Positions 56,679 to 64,000 of a stretch of DNA of 64,000 nucleotides are shown one piece after another. A program made the position numbers and the translations under genes. Within the stretch, counting starts at the first letter, position 1, and each line of letters opens with the position of its first letter. Origin of the DNA: Chthoniobacterales bacterium (GTDB lineage Bacteria; Verrucomicrobiota; Verrucomicrobiia; Chthoniobacterales; UBA6821); NCBI GenBank assembly GCA_044236545.1, contig JBIIGI010000001.1, positions 8,557 through 72,556 of the forward strand, in the 5' to 3' direction. The notes under the pieces are model-generated. The model was given only the letters and a program-made list of their open reading frames with translations. It had not been told where the DNA came from and made no database searches.

Positions 56679-56731
56679 AGTAATCCGGAGCCGCGACCCC
56701 GATGGTGGCGCGCTCCGAAGGTCATAAGAGG

Positions 56732-57343
56732 CTACTTTGCCGAGAGGTATGGGATTGCGGCAACGCGGGCTTTCACGTCCTCAAGTCCGTCGACAAGATC
56801 GGCGATGGAGTCCCAACGTCCGTTCATGAGCGGTTCACGGGCGTGTCCGGGAATCGAGAACTCTGCACTGAAATCCACATCATCCACGGTCACCTTGCTT
56901 TCGGTAAGATCGAGGGTGATCTGGGCGGTCGGTGTTTTCTCGATGAGGGCAGCAAGGTCCTCGATGTCCTGTTTGGACATCTTGACGCAGGGGATGCCGA
57001 GTGTGGTGGAGTTGCCGAAAAAGATCTCGGCGAAGCTCTCGGCGATGATCGCCCTGAAGCCGTAGCGGTAGAGAGCCTGAGGGGCATGCTCGCGCGAGCT
57101 GCCGCAACCGAAGTTCGAGCCGGAGATCAGGACGGTGGACCCGTTGAAGCGTGCGTCATCGAGGGGATGGACGCGGCCTGCCGCCTTCTCGGCTACCTTC
57201 GCATCGGCGAAGGCAAACTCTCCGAGTCCGTCGAAGGTGACGCACTTCATGAAGCGCGCGGGGATGATGCGGTCGGTGTCGATATCGTCGCCGGGGACAT
57301 AAACGCCGCGTCCGGTGACCTGGGTGATTTTTTCTAGGGACAT
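56732..57343 (-). CDS. leuD: 3-isopropylmalate dehydratase small subunit
   Basis: GDDIDTDRIIPARF...GSNFGCGSSREHAP motifs. 203 aa. Confidence 0.9.
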   Translation of the reverse strand: MSLEKITQVTGRGVYVPGDDIDTDRIIPARFMKCVTFDGLGEFAFADAKVAEKAAGRVHPLDDARFNGSTVLISGSNFGCGSSREHAPQALYRYGFRAIIAESFAEIFFGNSTTLGIPCVKMSKQDIEDLAALIEKTPTAQITLDLTESKVTVDDVDFSAEFSIPGHAREPLMNGRWDSIADLVDGLEDVKARVAAIPYLSAK

Positions 57344-57455
57344 GGGATGGGAAGGTGAAAAGTTATAAGGTTAAAAAGTGAAAAGGTGAAAGCAGGCTGT
57401 TTTGAGGTGATTCGTTTTTAACGGTTCAACGCTTTTAACGATTTTAACCTTTTCT

Positions 57456-58865
57456 TCAGTTGATGCCGAATACCTTACGGGCGTCGCTGACTTCGCCGGT
57501 GAGGGCGGCAGCGGCGACCATGAGGGGGCTCATGAGCATCGTGCGCCCGGTCGGGCTTCCTTGGCGGCCCTTGAAGTTGCGGTTGCTGGAGCTTGCGCAG
57601 AGTTGGTCGCCGACAAGCTTGTCGGGATTCATTCCCAGGCACATGGAGCAGCCTGCGCCGCGCCATTCGAAGCCGGCGTCGCGGAAGATTTCGGCGATGC
57701 CCATCTTCTCCGCCACGGCGGCCACGCCCTGGGAGCCGGGAACGACGATCGCCTTCACGCTGGAGGCGACCTTGCGGCCCTTGATGTGCTTGGCGACTTC
57801 CTGAAGGTCTGAGAGGCGTCCGTTGGTGCAGCTTCCGAGGAAGGCGACATCGATCCTGATGCCGGCCGCCGGGGTGCCGGCGGGGAGCTTCATGTGCTCG
57901 ATCGCCTCGGCGGCGGTGGCGCGGTCCTTCTCGGGGAGGTCGGCGGGATCGGGGATCGCCTCGTCGATGAAGATCGCCTGACCGGGAGTGATGCCCCAGG
58001 TGACGGTCGGGAGGATCTCCTCGGCCTTGAAGTTCACGATGTCGTCGTAGACCGCGTCCTTGTCGGAGGCTACGGCCTTCCAACGGGCGACAGCGGCATC
58101 CCACTCGGCTCCCTTGGGTGAGTAGGGGCGTCCGCGGAGATACTCGAAGGTGGTCTCGTCGGGATTCACGTAGCCGACGCGGGCGCCGCCCTCGATCGAC
58201 ATGTTGCAGACGGTCATGCGCTCTTCCTGGGTGAAGCCATCAAAGGTGGACCCACCGTATTCGTAGGCGTAGCCGATGCCGCCGTTCACGCCGAGGTGGC
58301 GGATGATGTGGAGGATGACATCCTTGGCGTAGACGCCGGGGGCGAGCTTGCCGTCGACGTTGATGCGGCGGACCTTGGGCTTGCCGATCGCCATGGTCTG
58401 GGTGGCCAGGACGTCGCGCACCTGGCTCGTGCCGATGCCGAAGGCGATCGCACCGAATGCGCCGTGGGTCGAGGTGTGGGAATCGCCGCAGGCGATGGTG
58501 GTGCCCGGTTGGGTGATGCCCTGCTCGGGACCGACAATGTGGACGATGCCCTGATTGCCCGAGGGAAGGTCGAAGAAGGTGACGCCGGTCTCGGCGCAGT
58601 TCTTCCGGAGCTCCTTCACCATCGCGTCGGCGAGAGGGTCGGAGAAGGGCTCGGCGCGCTGGTCGGTCGGGACGATGTGGTCGACCGTGGCGAAGGTGCG
58701 GTTCGGATAGAGGACCTTGAGGCCGAGGTCGCGGACCATGCCGAAAGCCTGCGGGCTCGTCACCTCGTGGATGAGGTGGGTGCCGATGAGAAGTTGAGTC
58801 CTGCCGTCGGGGAGCGTGCGAACGGTGTGTTCGTCCCAGACCTTGTCGAGAAGCGTTTTGGCCAT
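57456..58865 (-). CDS. leuC: 3-isopropylmalate dehydratase large subunit
   Basis: [13 protein letters not shown]..., HEVTSPQAF, aconitase-family Cys ligand contexts (GDSHT; GSCTNGR; GCSMCLGMN). Confidence 0.95.
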   Translation of the reverse strand: MAKTLLDKVWDEHTVRTLPDGRTQLLIGTHLIHEVTSPQAFGMVRDLGLKVLYPNRTFATVDHIVPTDQRAEPFSDPLADAMVKELRKNCAETGVTFFDLPSGNQGIVHIVGPEQGITQPGTTIACGDSHTSTHGAFGAIAFGIGTSQVRDVLATQTMAIGKPKVRRINVDGKLAPGVYAKDVILHIIRHLGVNGGIGYAYEYGGSTFDGFTQEERMTVCNMSIEGGARVGYVNPDETTFEYLRGRPYSPKGAEWDAAVARWKAVASDKDAVYDDIVNFKAEEILPTVTWGITPGQAIFIDEAIPDPADLPEKDRATAAEAIEHMKLPAGTPAAGIRIDVAFLGSCTNGRLSDLQEVAKHIKGRKVASSVKAIVVPGSQGVAAVAEKMGIAEIFRDAGFEWRGAGCSMCLGMNPDKLVGDQLCASSSNRNFKGRQGSPTGRTMLMSPLMVAAAALTGEVSDARKVFGIN

Positions 58866-58914
58866 AGTCGTTCCAATTTAGCGGAACCAATTCCGGAGGC
58901 AATCCTCTCTTTGA

Positions 58915-61176
<2,262 letters not shown>

Positions 61177-61212
61177 GCTTGGTCGCCTAGCACTTCATAG
61201 CTTTTCAAAGTA

Positions 61213-61249
61213 AACCCATCTCCGTTAACGGGGATGGGTTTTTCTTTTT
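61213..61249 (+). terminator. rho-independent terminator downstream of icd
   Basis: aACCCATCTCCG-ttaa-CGGGGATGGGTtttttcttttt: about 11-bp stem with one G-U/mismatch position, followed by a T-rich tract. Confidence 0.7.
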
Positions 61250-61370
61250 GTAACAGCTCCCTCTTGTCGTTGGGCTGCCCGCGCGATAGCGCATTCTTTC
61301 TGGCTTAGCCTCTATCGCAGAGCCTTTCGCAGAAAGGATAATCCCGCCAGCCCGAGTTGAAATCCCAAGC

Positions 61371-64000
<2,630 letters not shown>

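Overview
This 64-kb window is gene-dense, roughly 60% GC, and reads as a core chromosomal region of a PVC-superphylum (Verrucomicrobiota-like) bacterium. The taxon is inferred only from gene content: a DUF1800/DUF1501 pair, a TIGR03790-like protein and pyrimidine-rich leaders lacking a Shine-Dalgarno (SD) sequence. I support about 50 CDS and 2 tRNAs (Leu-TAA, Ala-CGC). I found no rRNA, CRISPR array, transposase, integrase or phage genes. Housekeeping blocks are: dnaG-rpoD; nusA-infB-rbfA-nrnA-truB-ribF; speA-gcvT-gcvH-gcvP; hemW-cydA-cydB; leuC-leuD; icd; carB (partial); gltX; aroE; ispD; lpxA; recN; nrdR. All protein calls come from motifs recognised by eye, because no database search was possible. 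I do not see a clear, complete novel multi-gene system. The best candidates for follow-up are: (1) an uncharacterised 188-aa gene translationally coupled to nrdR, whose N-terminus looks like a degenerate ATP-cone, together with a perfect 18-bp NrdR-box-like palindrome upstream of nrdR; (2) a tricistronic MBL-hydrolase / TIGR03790-like / ecotin unit joined by two ATGA overlaps, in which the ecotin gene is compositionally foreign; (3) a low-GC beta-helix surface-protein gene next to tRNA-Leu; (4) a C8+(CT)11 simple-sequence repeat directly upstream of a MASE1/LytS-type histidine kinase; (5) several families of short low-GC word repeats in leaders and spacers, oriented consistently relative to the downstream genes, and a 565-bp non-coding spacer. 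Many long antisense shadow ORFs in the track were rejected as high-GC artefacts.
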